Shown in pieces: positions 29,051-43,625 of a stretch of 64,000 bases of DNA. Position numbers and translations under genes: made by a program. Location of the stretch: assembly GCA_951406725.2 (NCBI GenBank), contig OX597821.1, positions 104,594,001 to 104,658,000 on the forward strand, read 5' to 3'. Position 1 is the stretch's first letter. Each line of letters starts with the position of its first letter. The notes beneath the pieces were generated by a model that saw only the letters and a program-made list of their open reading frames with translations, ran no database searches and had not been told where the DNA came from. The DNA comes from Octopus vulgaris. Its lineage: Eukaryota.

Positions 29051-29203
29051 GTCGGGCTTCTTTCAGTTCCACCAACCAAATCCACTCACAAGGCCTTGGT
29101 CGACCCGAGGCTATAGTACAAAACACTTGCCCAAGGTGCCACGCAGTGGGACTAAACTCGGAACCATTTGGTTCGTAAGCAAGGTACTTAGCACATAGCC
29201 ACC
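28800..29203 (-). mobile_element. CORE-type SINE
   Basis: Reverse complement of the 8849 family, with internal (TA)n. Confidence 0.9.
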
Positions 29204-29654
29204 TAAAAATATGATTTATTCCTAGAACAGTATAGAAAACGTCCTTTACGAGCAATAAATATTAGTAGCATGTGTTATATCTCTGTTAATTATTTTAGAA
29301 TACTCTTCATTCCTGAAAAGACATGGAAACTACTTTGACTGTCTCAAACTCTACTCAAATGAACATTTCGGATATATCACCTGACATGACAAAGTGAGGC
29401 GCAAACAGAATACTTTCTCATTATAGCTGAATAGATTGGGTGAACTTTAAAAAATTTGCACTATCCAAGTCCGTAATGTGTCACTCGGTTTGGCAAATGA
29501 ATCCACGGACCTAAAATCATGAATTGTACAACAAAACTACACAGCAGCAACTTCTTTAATAGAATGAAACCGATTGCAAGCAGATATCATTACATTAGTG
29601 TTATTTATACTGATGTTAGCACTTCAACAGGTAGGAATGGCAGTGTGGTAAGTG

Positions 29655-29812
29655 ACGCAGGAGTGGCTGTGTGGTAAGTAGCTTGCTTACCAACCACATG
29701 TTCCCAGGTTCATTCCCACTGCGTGGCCCCTTGTGTCTTCTACTATATCCTCGGGCGGACAAAATCCTTTTGAGTGGATTTCGTAGATGGAAACTGAAGG
29801 AAGCCCGTCATA

Positions 29813-29883
<71 letters not shown>

Positions 29884-30105
29884 ATATATTTGTGTGTCTG
29901 TGTTTGTACCCCCAACATCACTTGACAACCGATTCTGGTGTGTTTACGCCTCTGTAACCTAGCGGTTCGGCCAAAGGAACCGATAGAATAAGTACTACGC
30001 TTACAAAGAGTAAGTCCTGGTGTCGATTTGCTCGACTAAAGGCAGTGCTCCAGTATGGCCTGAATCATATGACTGAAACAAGTAAAAGAGTAAAAGAATA
30101 AAAGA
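29655..30105 (+). mobile_element. CORE-type SINE (partly duplicated head at ~29630)
   Basis: Head, internal (TA)n(TG)n and tail colinear with the family. Confidence 0.9.
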
Positions 30106-31894
30106 TATCCTCACGAAATATGAAAATTCAAACGAGTGTCAGTCAATACGCACACTGCATTAGCGTTCTCGCATTCCAAATAAAACAGGAAGAAATGCTT
30201 CCTTGTTATGTAAATTGTTTGGAGGACTATGAATTTGGAAGACATACAATGATATTTTCTTTGTTCATGCTCTGTATATCGTACTATAAAATTTCATTCA
30301 TAAATCTAAACACAAACATTCTGTGAGATATATTGAAATTGTCTTACAAACAGGATGAATTGTTAGAGCGCATTGAATCAATGACGCAGGGAGCAATATT
30401 CATTCAAAACCTTGACCCGCAGGTCATATCTCTGTTTTATTACTTGCAGAATTATATTTCCTGTGTTTATATAATTGGATATTTGCCAAATTTTGGATAA
30501 TACCATTTAGATATATTTCCAAAATTAGTCGATATCTCACTGCTTCCAATGAACTGAATACATAGATAGACTTAGAAACATTCATATTGTTTTCAAAATT
30601 ACACAACTGATTGCATAAAATGATTGCATGTTCTTACTTTTACCTTAACAATTTCTATAGAATTTACCAGAAAATATCTTACATTTTTAAGAAATGATAT
30701 GCTCAAGTGGAAATGCATGTGTTTTATTTAGATCTGTGGTACATTTATGTTATGCGCACGTTCTTTTTCCCCAAATTATTTTAAAACTGTATTTTTTTCT
30801 TTCTACTTTCTGATAATTCTGTATGTTGTAAACAGCTATTTAAATTATCACTCCTTTTATCTCATGCATTGAGATAACAAGAAGAAAAAAAAAAGAAGAA
30901 AGAAATCGCTGTGGTAGAGGTGGAATTGGGTGATAGAATCCTGCGGCAGTTATTATGGCATCTTGTTAGATTCACTCCTATAATGAAAACAACTGAATAC
31001 AGAACACATGAATCAAATATAAAGAAAAAAACAAAAAAAAAAAAGTTTTGTTCAAAATTTTCCTATCGCATTTTAACATCAGGGAAATCGCCGAACTTAA
31101 TTTTGACACAAATATGTTTCCAGTGAATACCATTATTTTAGCTTCCGGCAACAATTGCTCAGATGAAATCTGAAGTTGATTCAAGTTTGATAAAATGTTA
31201 CGTTCGCTGCAGAATTATAATCTGAGAGAGAGAAACCGGGGTGTGGGGGTGAGAAAGAGAAAAAAGGGTGGAGAGAAAGACGGAAAGAAAGAGCGAGTGA
31301 GAGAATAAGTTCTTATCCAAATAGTGAAGAAAATTGCCTCCATTGTTGTGGTTCATAGAAATATTTTTTATTTTATTTAACTCTTTACTTCATTTATTTG
31401 TACATTCTTCATTCTTATACCGGAAATATAAAAGAAATCGGATCAATTTCATCTAAATTTATCCTAGTTCGTGTAATATTTCTCTCGTTTACAATTACGT
31501 AACTATAGTTTAAAAGACATTGTTAATAAAACGAAAGAAAAAGGATGTAATTACATATGAAATGAAGGATTATGGAAATAATGTCAACAAATATATGATA
31601 TACAGAAAGATAGTCATCCGTATACAGCAAGATATTATTGAATGAAATGATGTAGAGTGAATTAATGAAATGTATTAGAATTATGGATGTTATCTTATTC
31701 AGAAATTAGAAGGTCAGAGCCAATTTTGTGAAAATTAAAAATTGAAAATGGACTCATTTCTCTGCCTGAAGCAAATATTAATTACAGGCGCACGCGCACA
31801 CACGTGCACACATACATGCACAAGCACACATGGAAATGCTTATACACACGCATATAGCATATATAGAAGCATGAATCCCTTCTTTTTTCAAATA

Positions 31895-31948
<54 letters not shown>

Positions 31949-31949
<1 letters not shown>

Positions 31950-32470
31950 GGGTAAATTTAATTAATTAATTAATAATTAATAATTAATAATTGCACCAAG
32001 TAGTATTCGGCATGTTAAAAGGATCATTTATGGTAAACTTAAACAATATTTTTTTTATAATTATGAATATAATTATAATTAGGGTTTGGAAAAAATTTTG
32101 CTTAACCACATACAGAACTTTAGAAATAGCTGCCAAAGAAATTAGTTATTTCTTCTACTGTAAGAAACAACTCCCAGACAATATATACTCAAAAACAATT
32201 CACGTAGACAGAGAGGAAAAACAGCGCAATTCACTCGGCATTTGATTAACTGTTGACTTAAAATTTAGGATTTAAAATTTGAGAGCACTGAAAAAATTGA
32301 ACATACCTATCCGATTCAAGTGACATCGGATAAACTATATTCCATGACCAGTACTAACGAATTCAAAACATACGAATGAGGTCTCGTATTTTCCCTCAAC
32401 AACCCACGTGTGTTGTCGAGTAAAAAATTCTACAGAAAAAATCTGTAGTTTATTATCAGGGAGAGAATTA
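31949..32470 (+). mobile_element. Diverged relative of the 557-bp unit element, single monomer
   Basis: Shares GGGTAAA.TTAATTAATT..CACCAAGTA..TTC.G.ATGT, CCACATAC.GAACT..TAGAAATAGC.GC.AAAGAAATT and CACTGAAAA..CATACC.T.CG, and ends GAGAGAATTA. Flanked by TA repeats. Confidence 0.7.
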
Positions 32471-32479
32471 TATATATAT

Positions 32480-32751
32480 GGCCCAGTGGTTAGCGCAGTA
32501 GGATCGCAGTTTCGATTGTTGTGAGTGTTTATTGAACGAAAACACCTAAAGCTCCACGAGGCTCCAGCAGAGGGTGGTGGCGATTCCTGCTGTACTCTTT
32601 CCCCACAACATTGTCTCACTCTTTCTTCAGTTGGCCTGCTCGCTTAGCCAGCGGGGTGACGTCATTTGAATGCTAAAACAATGCGAAGCACATTGTGACT
32701 ACCGATGTGCAACAACATCTGATAGACCGGTCGGTCACGGTGATCCTGGTG

Positions 32752-32752
<1 letters not shown>
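32480..32752 (+). mobile_element. tRNA-derived SINE, fourth family (internally deleted head)
   Basis: GGCCCAGTGGTTAG A box, TTTCGATT B-box remnant, 3' part matches 16468-16582. Confidence 0.7.
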
Positions 32753-32828
<76 letters not shown>

Positions 32829-33059
32829 AGGGACAACCATATGATAGAAGTCGACCCCTATGGGCTTACCACTAAGAAAGGAATGTTCTCAAGAAAATTT
32901 AGCAAACGCTAGAACCTAAGCGAGCAAGACAAATGAAAAGATACAAAATATATAAATTATATACGTATATATATGTGTGAGTGTGTGTGCGTGTATGTGT
33001 GTGTATGTCTATGTGTGCATGTGTGTATGTGTGTGTGTGTAAACGTATATGTACTGTTC

Positions 33060-33185
33060 TGTCTAGGGAGAGTCATTCACTTTTAGTGCTTTATAATTTA
33101 ACTCAGTCACCGGGGTAAAATTTCCACTTATTTCTTTCTTTATCTTTCTAAACTTTTCGTTGCGGCTTGCAACTTTTCAATCTTC
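33060..33185 (-). mobile_element. Penelope-type terminal fragment with U3-A8 hammerhead-like motif (33148-33183)
   Basis: Minus: TTGAAAA GTTGC-AAGCC-GCAAC GAAA AG TT TAG. Homologous to 39085-39235. Confidence 0.5.
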
Positions 33186-33596
33186 AACACACGAACTCAC
33201 ATAAAGAATCTTGCAAACCAAATCCCAAAACGAAACGTATATGTATTTATATAGATATATATGTATGTATATATATGTATACCTGCAGACATACACACAT
33301 ACAATTTTCAGACTTTGACTCCGATGTGTATACAGGGGATCGATTCAACCCCAAAATAGGGGTTTTAGCAAGGATCAAGTTGAGTGGCTATCGAGTCACT
33401 TATGCGATTACACACATTAGATACATTTCATATATTAAATATATTTAATACATCAAATATATTTTAAATATTTAATGTGTCTAATTTACTTATCCGCTTA
33501 ATTGCCATATATATATATGTGTGCGTGTGTGTATATATGTATATATCTATTATGTATGTGTATATGTATGTGTCTGTATGTATGTGTGTGTATGTG

Positions 33597-33645
<49 letters not shown>

Positions 33646-33898
33646 ATGACGCTCAGGGAAAAATAAGCAACGTTTTGAAGCATGAAATTCATCACAATAT
33701 ATTTAACGATGCGGAAATTTTATTCATCAAAGTAAGTACCATTACGATCAACAGATTTTTGCCGACGTGTTACAAGTTTGTTTATTGCGGTACTTAATAG
33801 ATAATACTCAACAGATAATACAGAACTCAGACTGATAATACTTTACTTAAGATGCCTGGGATTTCCAGCTGCCTTAAGAAGTCTCATAAGGAGGCGAG

Positions 33899-34237
33899 GA
33901 CGGAACTTACACTCGCCTCCTTATGAGAGCTCAAAATCTCTCGTGGAAGCGTCATCCAACGAAAGTACAAACATATGGGAAACTACCACCTGTATAATCT
34001 CTTGTGAAAGGTAGAAGAATCCAGTTTGCTGGACATTGTTGTAGAGCTAAAATCAAGGTAATTTCTACTCTTCTCCTCTGGAAGCCATCTGCTCGAGATA
34101 CCAGAAGGTCCACACTCTCCTACCCTGATGTAATCTCCAGAGATACAGGCATCCAGCAACAGGACCTCCGTAATGCTATGATGGACCGCGAAGTCTGGCG
34201 TAACATAGTAAATTCTATTGTCTCGACCACGAGACAA
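33899..34237 (+). mobile_element. RTE-clade LINE 3' fragment
   Basis: GTYTRLLMRAQNLSWKRHPT../VKGRRIQFAGHCCRA..LLLWKP..DREVWR, typical RTE C-terminal motifs. Confidence 0.85.
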
Positions 34238-34239
34238 TA

Positions 34240-35231
34240 GTAAGGCTACATCAATGATCTGACAGTATTTGTCTCTCTTATTCAATATGACAATGTATGG
34301 ACGACACGATCCGTCTGAAAAAAAAGTCCCGGAGTATCGTATCTTTTCTATCCTCCTGCATAACTTTACTTGGCACATGCTCTGTTACTTCATATTGGCG
34401 TTTAAATCATAAAAAACAATGAAGATACTCACATAGTTTATCGTGGCGGGATTTGTATTTTTTGTGCAAGGCTCTCAGATCCACCTGCGAAGTGGGTCAA
34501 AATTTCCACACGTTTTCCATAGAGACTGCATTTGTGGGTGTCAGAGGTTTTATAGATTTTATACTTCACGCAATCGGTAACACGAACCTGGTCTTGTGCA
34601 GCAGGTGGTACGCTTCATATCACCTCGTTGAAGCCATTCCAATGATGAAGTATTATCTTTAACATCTTGTGTATTCCTTTCAAACTGTCCATGCATTCTG
34701 ATTTCAAGTAGGTCTTCTTTTCTCTTCTCCTAAGCCCTTTGGTTAAACTCTGTCCTTGCTCATTATTTCATCTGCATTTACAGCCATATCTTTCACGGCA
34801 TATTGCAACAAGTCATCACTATTTATCAAATATTCGGCAAGCGTTCACCTTTCACTCCTTATACAATGGTCTATACTAATTAGTCCTCTGTCACCATTCT
34901 TTCTTTTCATGTACAGTCATCAACATTCTCGTCCTATTCGGTGTTGATCTTTCCTCCTTAGTCCATGTGAGGATAGACGCACTATATCTGACACCGGAAC
35001 TGACCAGATATTCCTTGCGTTAATCAAACTTTTTGCATTCAGGTTCGACTTCATCACCATCTTCACCCTTTTTTGACCCGCCTCGTTGACCTTGACTTTA
35101 ATTTCTCTGAGTAGAATGTCATCCATCTCCAAAATCTTTAAATATCTATACCTACTACCGTCGGATTCACCCATGGTATCTCCTGATGGTAACAACACTC
35201 CTCTGCTAGCTGCTTTCTTGCCTTTTTTCAT
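34240..35231 (-). mobile_element. Degraded R4/Dong-clade LINE fragment
   Basis: RYRYLKILEMDDIL..RVKMVMKSNLNAKSLINARNIWSVPV (RT thumb region) and RPYIVILNKRDKYCQIIDVA (decayed RPD..D restriction-like endonuclease). Confidence 0.75.
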
Positions 35232-35846
35232 ATTATGTACTGAGCATATTAAGTACTGAACACGAAACCACGTCGTTGGAAAATTAGCTTACTAACCACA
35301 CATATATGCCGAGAACTTGGCGGAGTTAATACGCAAATTTAGATATATTTAAATGTATCATCACTAGCAAAATTATGTAAACGGTAAAAAGAATGAAAGA
35401 TATTTATGCCAGGAAAAGGTTAGGAGAAACAAAGTCTGATGTAGTATTCACAATTGCTTTCACCAAGGAAGAGGGGTCAGAAATTAGACCTACATAAGTA
35501 GTGCACACTCACACTGACACACAGATACACACACAAACAGACATAATCAGACAAACACACAGGCTCAAACACATTGCTATATATTTAGAAATGCTAGAAA
35601 TAGACGTCTTTAAAAAAAAAAGAGAAATATAAACTTGTATAAATAGAAATACAAGAATGAAACCAGAAAATATACAACAGAATCTCATGTTTATATGATA
35701 TAGACGTAGTTTTTGTTAGAATATATCTAAGAATGATACAATAATGGATGTGTGGAAATGGTATTATAAGAAATATATTTAATAAATATAGAAATTAACA
35801 TTTCAAATTTCCTAAAATATCGTGGAACAGAAATAAGTGATAGATT

Positions 35847-35879
<33 letters not shown>

Positions 35880-36449
35880 GCTACCTAGCAAATAACAAAA
35901 TCTTCAAAGACTTTGCAGTGTGCTGCCAGGAGTTTCTCTTATAATGTGTTGTCCAACCTGTCAGATATCAACAAGTTCCGAGGCGTATACATCGAATATG
36001 AAATATTTCTTTAACTGCGTTTTTTCCTTCATTTATGCAAATTACCTAGGCCATTAATATCTTCCAGTCTTTAATTTTACATTTGTGCATTTGTAAACGC
36101 TCCAACTCCTGGAAACAATGTAGCAAAGCTGCTGTGTTGAGAGGCGTTATGTTATCTCCAGACAATCAGATTCTCGTTTCCCAAATGGCATATGAAATTT
36201 AGAAATTTTTTTTTAATGTTTGCGATTATCTGTTCTTATTTGATGTTGATTCAATTTGCTACCAACCAATTGTTCTTTATTATTTTAAAGCGAGTATGGT
36301 TTGCAACACCAGGTGTATAAAGTTTTAAACTTAACTATGGGAAATATAACGTAATGAAACACAGTGTTCCTTTCAAAAGACCAAGCATGACATTATAGCA
36401 ACTACAATATTGTACACCCAAAAGTAAATCTACTGAATATAAGATATCC

Positions 36450-36776
<327 letters not shown>

Positions 36777-37094
36777 ACTTACGATTGTAAAAACGGTTGC
36801 GAGATCGCGGTTTGCATTCACAGACCGGGTGTTGGGTTGTGTTCTCTGCGACCATTTCCTATTTTCCTATTCTGACATGTAATACACATTGGAACTGTAC
36901 AGGTAATTTCGATTTGATGGAGGATGTGAGCTTATGCGTACACAGAAATTTGATCACTATAAAGAAATCCTCTATGTCGCTGCTATCTTATTGATAGGAA
37001 TATTGGTGCTGACTAGAACCGTCAGTCACTTTATTGACGACTATACTTGTGCCTTTCAGTTGCAAATTGCGAATAGCCACTCGAATAAGTCATG

Positions 37095-37158
<64 letters not shown>

Positions 37159-37159
37159 G

Positions 37160-37418
37160 GGTAAAGACCCCCTTCGGTCATGAATGACCATGGGATTGCA
37201 CCTAGAAAGTTACCCTCCTAGACACAAGTCCGGGCAAGGTTGTTTATGGAAGACCAGCAGTCGCCCATGCATACCGGCCTCCCCTCTCCACGCCACCAGT
37301 GTTATCCAAGGGAAAGACAAAGGTCGATACAGCTTGGAACCAGTGATGTCGCAACTCATTTCTACAGCTGAGTGAACTGGAGCAACGTGAAATAAAGTGT
37401 TTTGCTCAAGAACACAAT
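37160..37418 (-). mobile_element. 5'-truncated V-type SINE embedded in (TAA)n
   Basis: CAGCTGAGTGAACTGGAGCAACGTGAAATAAAGTG..TTGCTCAAG is the reverse complement of the central domain of the 1609 SINE, with a different tail. Confidence 0.75.
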
Positions 37419-37450
37419 TATTATTAATAATAATAATAATATTAATAATG

Positions 37451-37525
<75 letters not shown>

Positions 37526-37684
37526 TTGCTGCTCATGTATTTTAATTTAACTTAAAAAAAAAAAAAATGAACGAACTATTGAGTTTGATTTAATGGCCTA
37601 CCGATGTATACTATGAGTTTCTTTGCCCTAGGAGTCGGGAAGACACTCGGCAAGAAATGGAAGCAAATTTGAAAGAAGAAAAAA

Positions 37685-37756
<72 letters not shown>

Positions 37757-37758
<2 letters not shown>

Positions 37759-38180
37759 TGCTTGTCAGTTGTTTGACCATAACCAATTGAGCATGTCCCT
37801 TAGTGGCTGACGATATATGCATCTCTGATCACGAGCAGAAGTAGTGGGGGAGCATTATAGCCATGTGTTGAGAGTGATGCTTTGGGGTTTGAATAGTTCA
37901 CCTCTGGAGACATGGGTGGTTCTTTCAACATCCTTAAACAACCCTTATTCGGGGACCGTTTGAGGGGGATGGGCTACTCAACCTGAAGAAAATTCTAACT
38001 GGGCCCCACCTGCAAGGTCATGTGCTGTTTATCTTGATATGAGATCACCATGTCGCGCACATATGGTTGTGATGCATGTGCCTGGTGTACCATTATCAGA
38101 CGGGTAGTCATGATGGGTATATTGCGCTTTGTATATTTTACCGCAGTGTCACTTTGATGGCATGAACTGCTCTCTCACTC

Positions 38181-38182
<2 letters not shown>
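37757..38182. mobile_element. Unclassified ~425-bp insert bounded by (TAA)n on both sides
   Basis: Higher-GC block with sharp edges inside an AAT microsatellite; probably a non-autonomous retroelement (inference). Confidence 0.45.
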
Positions 38183-38222
<40 letters not shown>

Positions 38223-38302
38223 CATAATAATAATTATAATAATACATAGAGATAAATGTGAAAAGGTTGAATTATATTTTATGCTTTATTTGGAGGGTTC
38301 GA

Positions 38303-38344
<42 letters not shown>

Positions 38345-38640
38345 GTATGTATTATGTGTGTATGTGTATGTGCGTACATTTGTGCTTGTGACGGTTTTGT
38401 CACCCTCAATCGCTCGACAACCAGTACTGGTATAAATTAGCGGTTCTGGCAAAAGAAACCAGTAGAATAGATAAAAGGTTTTAAATACCTACTAGGGTGT
38501 CGATTCATTCGACTAAAATTCCTCAAGGTGGCGCTCCAGCATGGCAACAGTCTAATGACTGAAACTAGTAAATGATAAAAGATAAAAGCTGAATTATTAT
38601 GATCCTACATGTTTTAAAAATTATGAATATATTTTAATAT

Positions 38641-38935
38641 GATTCAGCTCACAGCTGCGGCCATGCTGATTCACCGCCGTTTTTTGCTACACTGTTATTA
38701 CTAAGAGCCTCCTCTAATATGTGGCACTTGGAGTAGAATGGTGTTTGATAATAGCTACCCTCATTTGCAGCTCTTGCCGTGAGGTAGGTTCATCTGGGAC
38801 TCTCGACAAGAAGAGGTCCAGCTTTGATTTAAAAACCCCTACATCTACTTTGTGCAATTTTCTCAGACTCTTTGGGAGAATATTGTAAAGCTTTGGGCCC
38901 TTGAAACTCAGGCTGTTGCAGTAACTGTGGTCCAT
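38641..38935 (-). mobile_element. CR1-group LINE 3' end with structured tail
   Basis: NSLSFKGPKLYNILPKSLRKLHKVDVGVFKSKLDLFLSRVPDEP (LINE ORF2 C-terminus), then tail GGCGGTGAATCAGCATGGCCGCAGCTGTGAGCTGAA. Confidence 0.8.
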
Positions 38936-39084
38936 TTTTGAACAAAATTCTATTAATATTTTGTTTTTGTTTCTGGTGAATGTTATGTTGTACTCTGTCT
39001 ATGCATTGATAATTTTAAGCATATATTAACGCTTCAGAAAATGAACTGCCTTTTTAGTAAGTCTTAATTTAGGCTATTCTTTTG

Positions 39085-39235
39085 TTTCTGGCGAGAGTCA
39101 TTTCCTTTTTGTGTCTTATAATCTAACACACTCACCGGTAAAAATTTCCACTTATTCCTTCTTTGTATTTTCCTAAAGTTTTCGTTGCGTCTGGCGACCT
39201 TCTCAATAGTCTTGTCTCTGTCCGTTATTTACACT
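39085..39235 (-). mobile_element. Penelope-type terminal fragment with U3-A8 hammerhead-like motif (39173-39209)
   Basis: Minus: CTA TTGAGAA G GTCGC-CAGAC-GCAAC GAAA AC TT TAG. Confidence 0.5.
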
Positions 39236-39338
39236 GCGTTACTTATTGTCTGTTTGCGCGCATGTGTGTGGGTCAGTGTGTGTGTATGTGCCTATGCATG
39301 CATGTACGTATCTATATGTGTATATATGTATGCATGTG

Positions 39339-39382
<44 letters not shown>

Positions 39383-40407
39383 CATCTGTATGTGTGTATC
39401 CTGTATATTCATGTGCTTGCATGTCCGTGTTTGTGTATTTTCAATGTATGTGTGTGTCTGAGCGTGTGTTTGCATATGTATGCATCTCTGTCTCCTTGTG
39501 TGTGCATGTCTGTGTGTGTGTGTGTGTGTTATGCAACTATGTACCATGTTTGTATGTATGTATGGATGGGCATATATATATGTGTGGATCCGTGTCTCCA
39601 TATGTGACCTTGTGTGGAGTAAAGTGTGTGTGTATATATGGTCATGTGTGTTAGTCTCCATTTGCGTATGTGTGCTTGTCTGTTCTTATAACCTATGTAC
39701 CTATCCGTCTGTAAGTCAATTTAGACTAGACATTTCCCTATGCGTACACCAAAATCATTTGTACATAACACAAATATATTTCCTATGCTTTACCAAATGG
39801 AAATCATATTCATTGATTTGAAAGCTAAAATCCCGGTGTTATAATAAAGCATGGATATTTTTGTTCGATACCTAGTATACATTGTACGAAATTTTACGCG
39901 CAAGGAATTTTCCTTTCAATTCATTTGCAATTAACTTTGCGTAATTAATTACCGAGTCCCTTAACTGAAGGTTTATGCTATGTGGTGTAATCAATTAAAA
40001 TGGTGATATGACCTATAACACAAATCTAATTGCGTTTCTCTAGCACCGTTAATTCATTTAAGCAGAACCATAATCCATTTCAAAGGATACACTAATGTTC
40101 TACAATATATTTCCAATATTTACAAAAGCAAGTCATTTATCTAAAGTTTGAACAATACTGATCCCTATTTCATCTCAATAATTGATACACTCTGTATGCT
40201 ATACAATAATTCGGCAAACACACACAAACACACATGTCAAGTAACATGCATGCGCGCACTCATACTCATGCATAGAAACACATGCACACGTGAGTGTGCT
40301 CGCACGCACGAATGCATATTAGCATTGTTGATATGTAATGAAAATGTGTAAGCTTATATTCAATGATTTACTCATCTATAGCTGCTATCAAACAACACAT
40401 ATACACT

Positions 40408-40639
40408 TACTCTTTTACTCTTTTACTTGTTTCAGTCATTTGACTGCGGCCATGCTGGAGCACCGCCTCTAGTCGATAAAATCGACCCCAGAACTTATTC
40501 TTTGTAAGCCTAGTATTTATTCTATTGGTCTCTTTTGCCGATCCACTAAGCTACTGGGACGTAAACACACCAGCACCGATTGTCAAGCGATGTTGTGGGG
40601 ACAAACGCAGACACACAAACATATGCACACATATGCATA

Positions 40640-40683
<44 letters not shown>

Positions 40684-40825
40684 TACGACGGGCTTCTTTC
40701 AGTTTCTGTCTACCAAATCCACTCACAGGGCTTTGGTCGGCCCGAGGATATAGTAGAAAACACTTGCCCAAAGTGCCACGCAATGGGACTGAACCCGGAA
40801 CCATGTTGTTGGTAAGCAAGCTACT
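40408..40825 (-). mobile_element. CORE-type SINE
   Basis: Reverse complement of the family, with internal microsatellite. Confidence 0.9.
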
Positions 40826-43057
40826 TTATTTCATAAACAATTGCCATAAATGCATTACAAAGAGTAGTCGCGGACTGGACATATACATTGATGAGGTGAA
40901 TGATGAAATAAGGATGATATTGATGAGAGATGGCAAAAACGCCCGCCGATTTTTTTCTTCTCTAAAACATTGTTCATTTTTTTTAAGAAACCGAATCAAC
41001 AAAGCGTTGTATTGAACCTCTCACAACAGTTATTACAATTTTGGGACTTAATAGTGCATTACAAATATTAACATGCAAAAAATATTCAACATACAATCAA
41101 CACTAGTCCATTTACCAATGAGGCGCTGGGCCTCTTACACTTTATAACACTGTGGCTTTTCAACCTCTTGTCAATTTTTCACCTCAACGAGGTATTGAAC
41201 ATCTTACTACAGTTGTTACAATTATTGAACTTAATAGTCAATAGCATGTAATAATATGCAATGAAATATTCAATATACAATCAACACTAGTCCATAAAGT
41301 CGGCTTCGACAGGTTTCTAACAGAAAGTAAGGACAGACGAAATGCAGTAAATGATTTTGTCCGGCTCTCTAACGATTCCACCAACACGCCTTCTACTGTT
41401 TTTGCCAATATTAACATTTCAAATTTAGCTCGCCGGACAAAATGCTGAGCGGTGTTGCTTTGTCTGTCATTACTTTGCTAATTTAAATGCCTCTGAATTG
41501 ACTTTATTTTTCATCATTTTGGGGCCGGTAAACTAAATACCAGCGGAAAATTGGGGTCGATGTAATCGACTTACTCTCCCCCAGAAATTGTTGGCTTTCC
41601 CCCCAAATCTCAGCCTAATATTAATATTTTAAACACAGAGATAAACTTTCAGAAGCGTCAACACGCTGGGCATAATGCTTAGCGGCATTTCGTCAATCTT
41701 TACTTTCTGACTTTAAATTCAACCGAGGTGGACTTTGCTCTTCATCATTTGAGGATCTATAAAATAGGCACGTGTTGAATACCGGGATCCATGTAACTGA
41801 GTTATCTCGCCCCTCAAAATCCTGTCCTTCTGCTAACATTTGGAACCAATATTGATAATTGAAAATTTTATAAATTATATTACTTTTTTTAAGACAGAGA
41901 TATTTTTCCGGGGCGCCTTTTGAGCTATGATTTTTGTGAAGCATACTTCCAGTCACAGGATGATATTTAAGATTCGATCAGTATCAGAATATGATTTGGG
42001 GAGGAAAAAAATGTTTTTATTTTATTTTATTTTGTTTATATTTTAATGTCCTAAGCGCAGTTGGATGAACAACTACCGGTCATTCGATGTAAATTCAGGG
42101 TGTTTATTCAGTGAAGCTACTCTCTAATTGATGCGATGTAATTCTGATATACATAAGTATTTCTGTGCATTGTGCGCTGTTATATCTTTTGTGAGACACT
42201 TAAAACTACGGGTCAGTTTTCTCTGTTTCTGCAACTCAAGTTGAAGAAATGAAGTCAAGTTATTAGTGTTAGAATTAATAAGTCTCTATAGTGTAGAAGA
42301 ATTTGAGTGCCTGTGAAATGCTCATTGTCGTATAATGACATTTATTGATTTTGTTTCTGTTAATGAATTTGAGGTATTTGCTTTGCGCATGACAGTTTTA
42401 TTGAAGGTAAAAGGATATGAGCTGTTGGAGCTAGAACATTAAGTTTATACGTTGAAACGTAAACGTTCTCCCTTTACCGCTGTTTCCTCGATAACTTTCC
42501 TAGGTATTATTATTTTGTGCATAAACTATTCTACATTGTAGCCTCTTGTTTACAGTATATTGTTATTTATTTAGACTTTCCGAATTAATCTTTTGTACAC
42601 GGAGTGAAGTAATGATCGATGAGAAGCAATTTTATGTAGATTAGCTAGAATGATTCATTGAGGGAGTGCTTGATACTATACACACACACACGCGCGCGCG
42701 CTCGCACACACTAATATATGTACATGTGTATGTGTGTACGTGTATATAGATAACAACATGAAGAGGAGTGGAGAAAATTGCGTCATTAGCTGATTCCACC
42801 ACACGTTAGCAGCGATTATTTATTTTTTGTGTCTAAGTGTTTGATATAGATAAACAAGTTCGCTTAGGACTGAATACTTTTTTAAATATCGGCCCAGATT
42901 TATTAATCCAATTTACCTGTTCTGGTTGTTGCTGTTGTGTGTTTTCGGGCATGTGTGCACGTGCGTAATTGCGCGTGTTTCGTTAAACCTAAAGAAAGTA
43001 TTTTCCGAAACATTTTGCTATTGTTGCATAATGTAATTAGCAACCGATGTTGCGTAA

Positions 43058-43212
43058 GAGTGGCTGAGTGGTAAGTGGCTTGCTTACCAACCACATGGTT
43101 CTGGGTTCAGTCTCACTGCGTGGAACCTTGGGCAAGTGCTTTCTACTATAGCTTCGGGCCGACCAAAGCCTTGTGAGTGGATTTGGTAGACGGAAACTGA
43201 AAGAAGCCCGTC

Positions 43213-43306
<94 letters not shown>

Positions 43307-43508
43307 TTGTGTGTCTGTGTTTGCCCTTCCAACATCGCTTGACAACCGATGCTGGTGTGTTTACGTTCCCGTAACCTAGCGGTTCGGCAAAAGAGACCGA
43401 TAGAATAAGTACTAGGCTTACAAAGAATAGTTCCTGGGGTCGATTTGCTCGACTGAAGGGGGGGTGCTCCAGCATGGCCGCAGTCAAATGACTGAAACAA
43501 GTAAAAGA
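43058..43508 (+). mobile_element. CORE-type SINE with internal (TA)n(TG)n
   Basis: Full head, CORE-like region and tail CCAGCATGGCCGCAGTCAAATGACTGAAACAAGTAAAAG. Confidence 0.92.
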
Positions 43509-43625
43509 ATGCATGTATCTTTGACAGATTTCGTCTGCTTAACGTGAGATTACTTTCTTGGTAAGACACATCATAATCTGTTTTAAAACATCTTCCAAAG
43601 GAAGTGTGGCTATATTTTAACATGA

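Noticed and set aside
41009-41295. Diverged ~100-bp direct repeat with 183-bp period
   Set aside because: Two decayed copies, no structure or coding signal; looks like an ordinary old local duplication.
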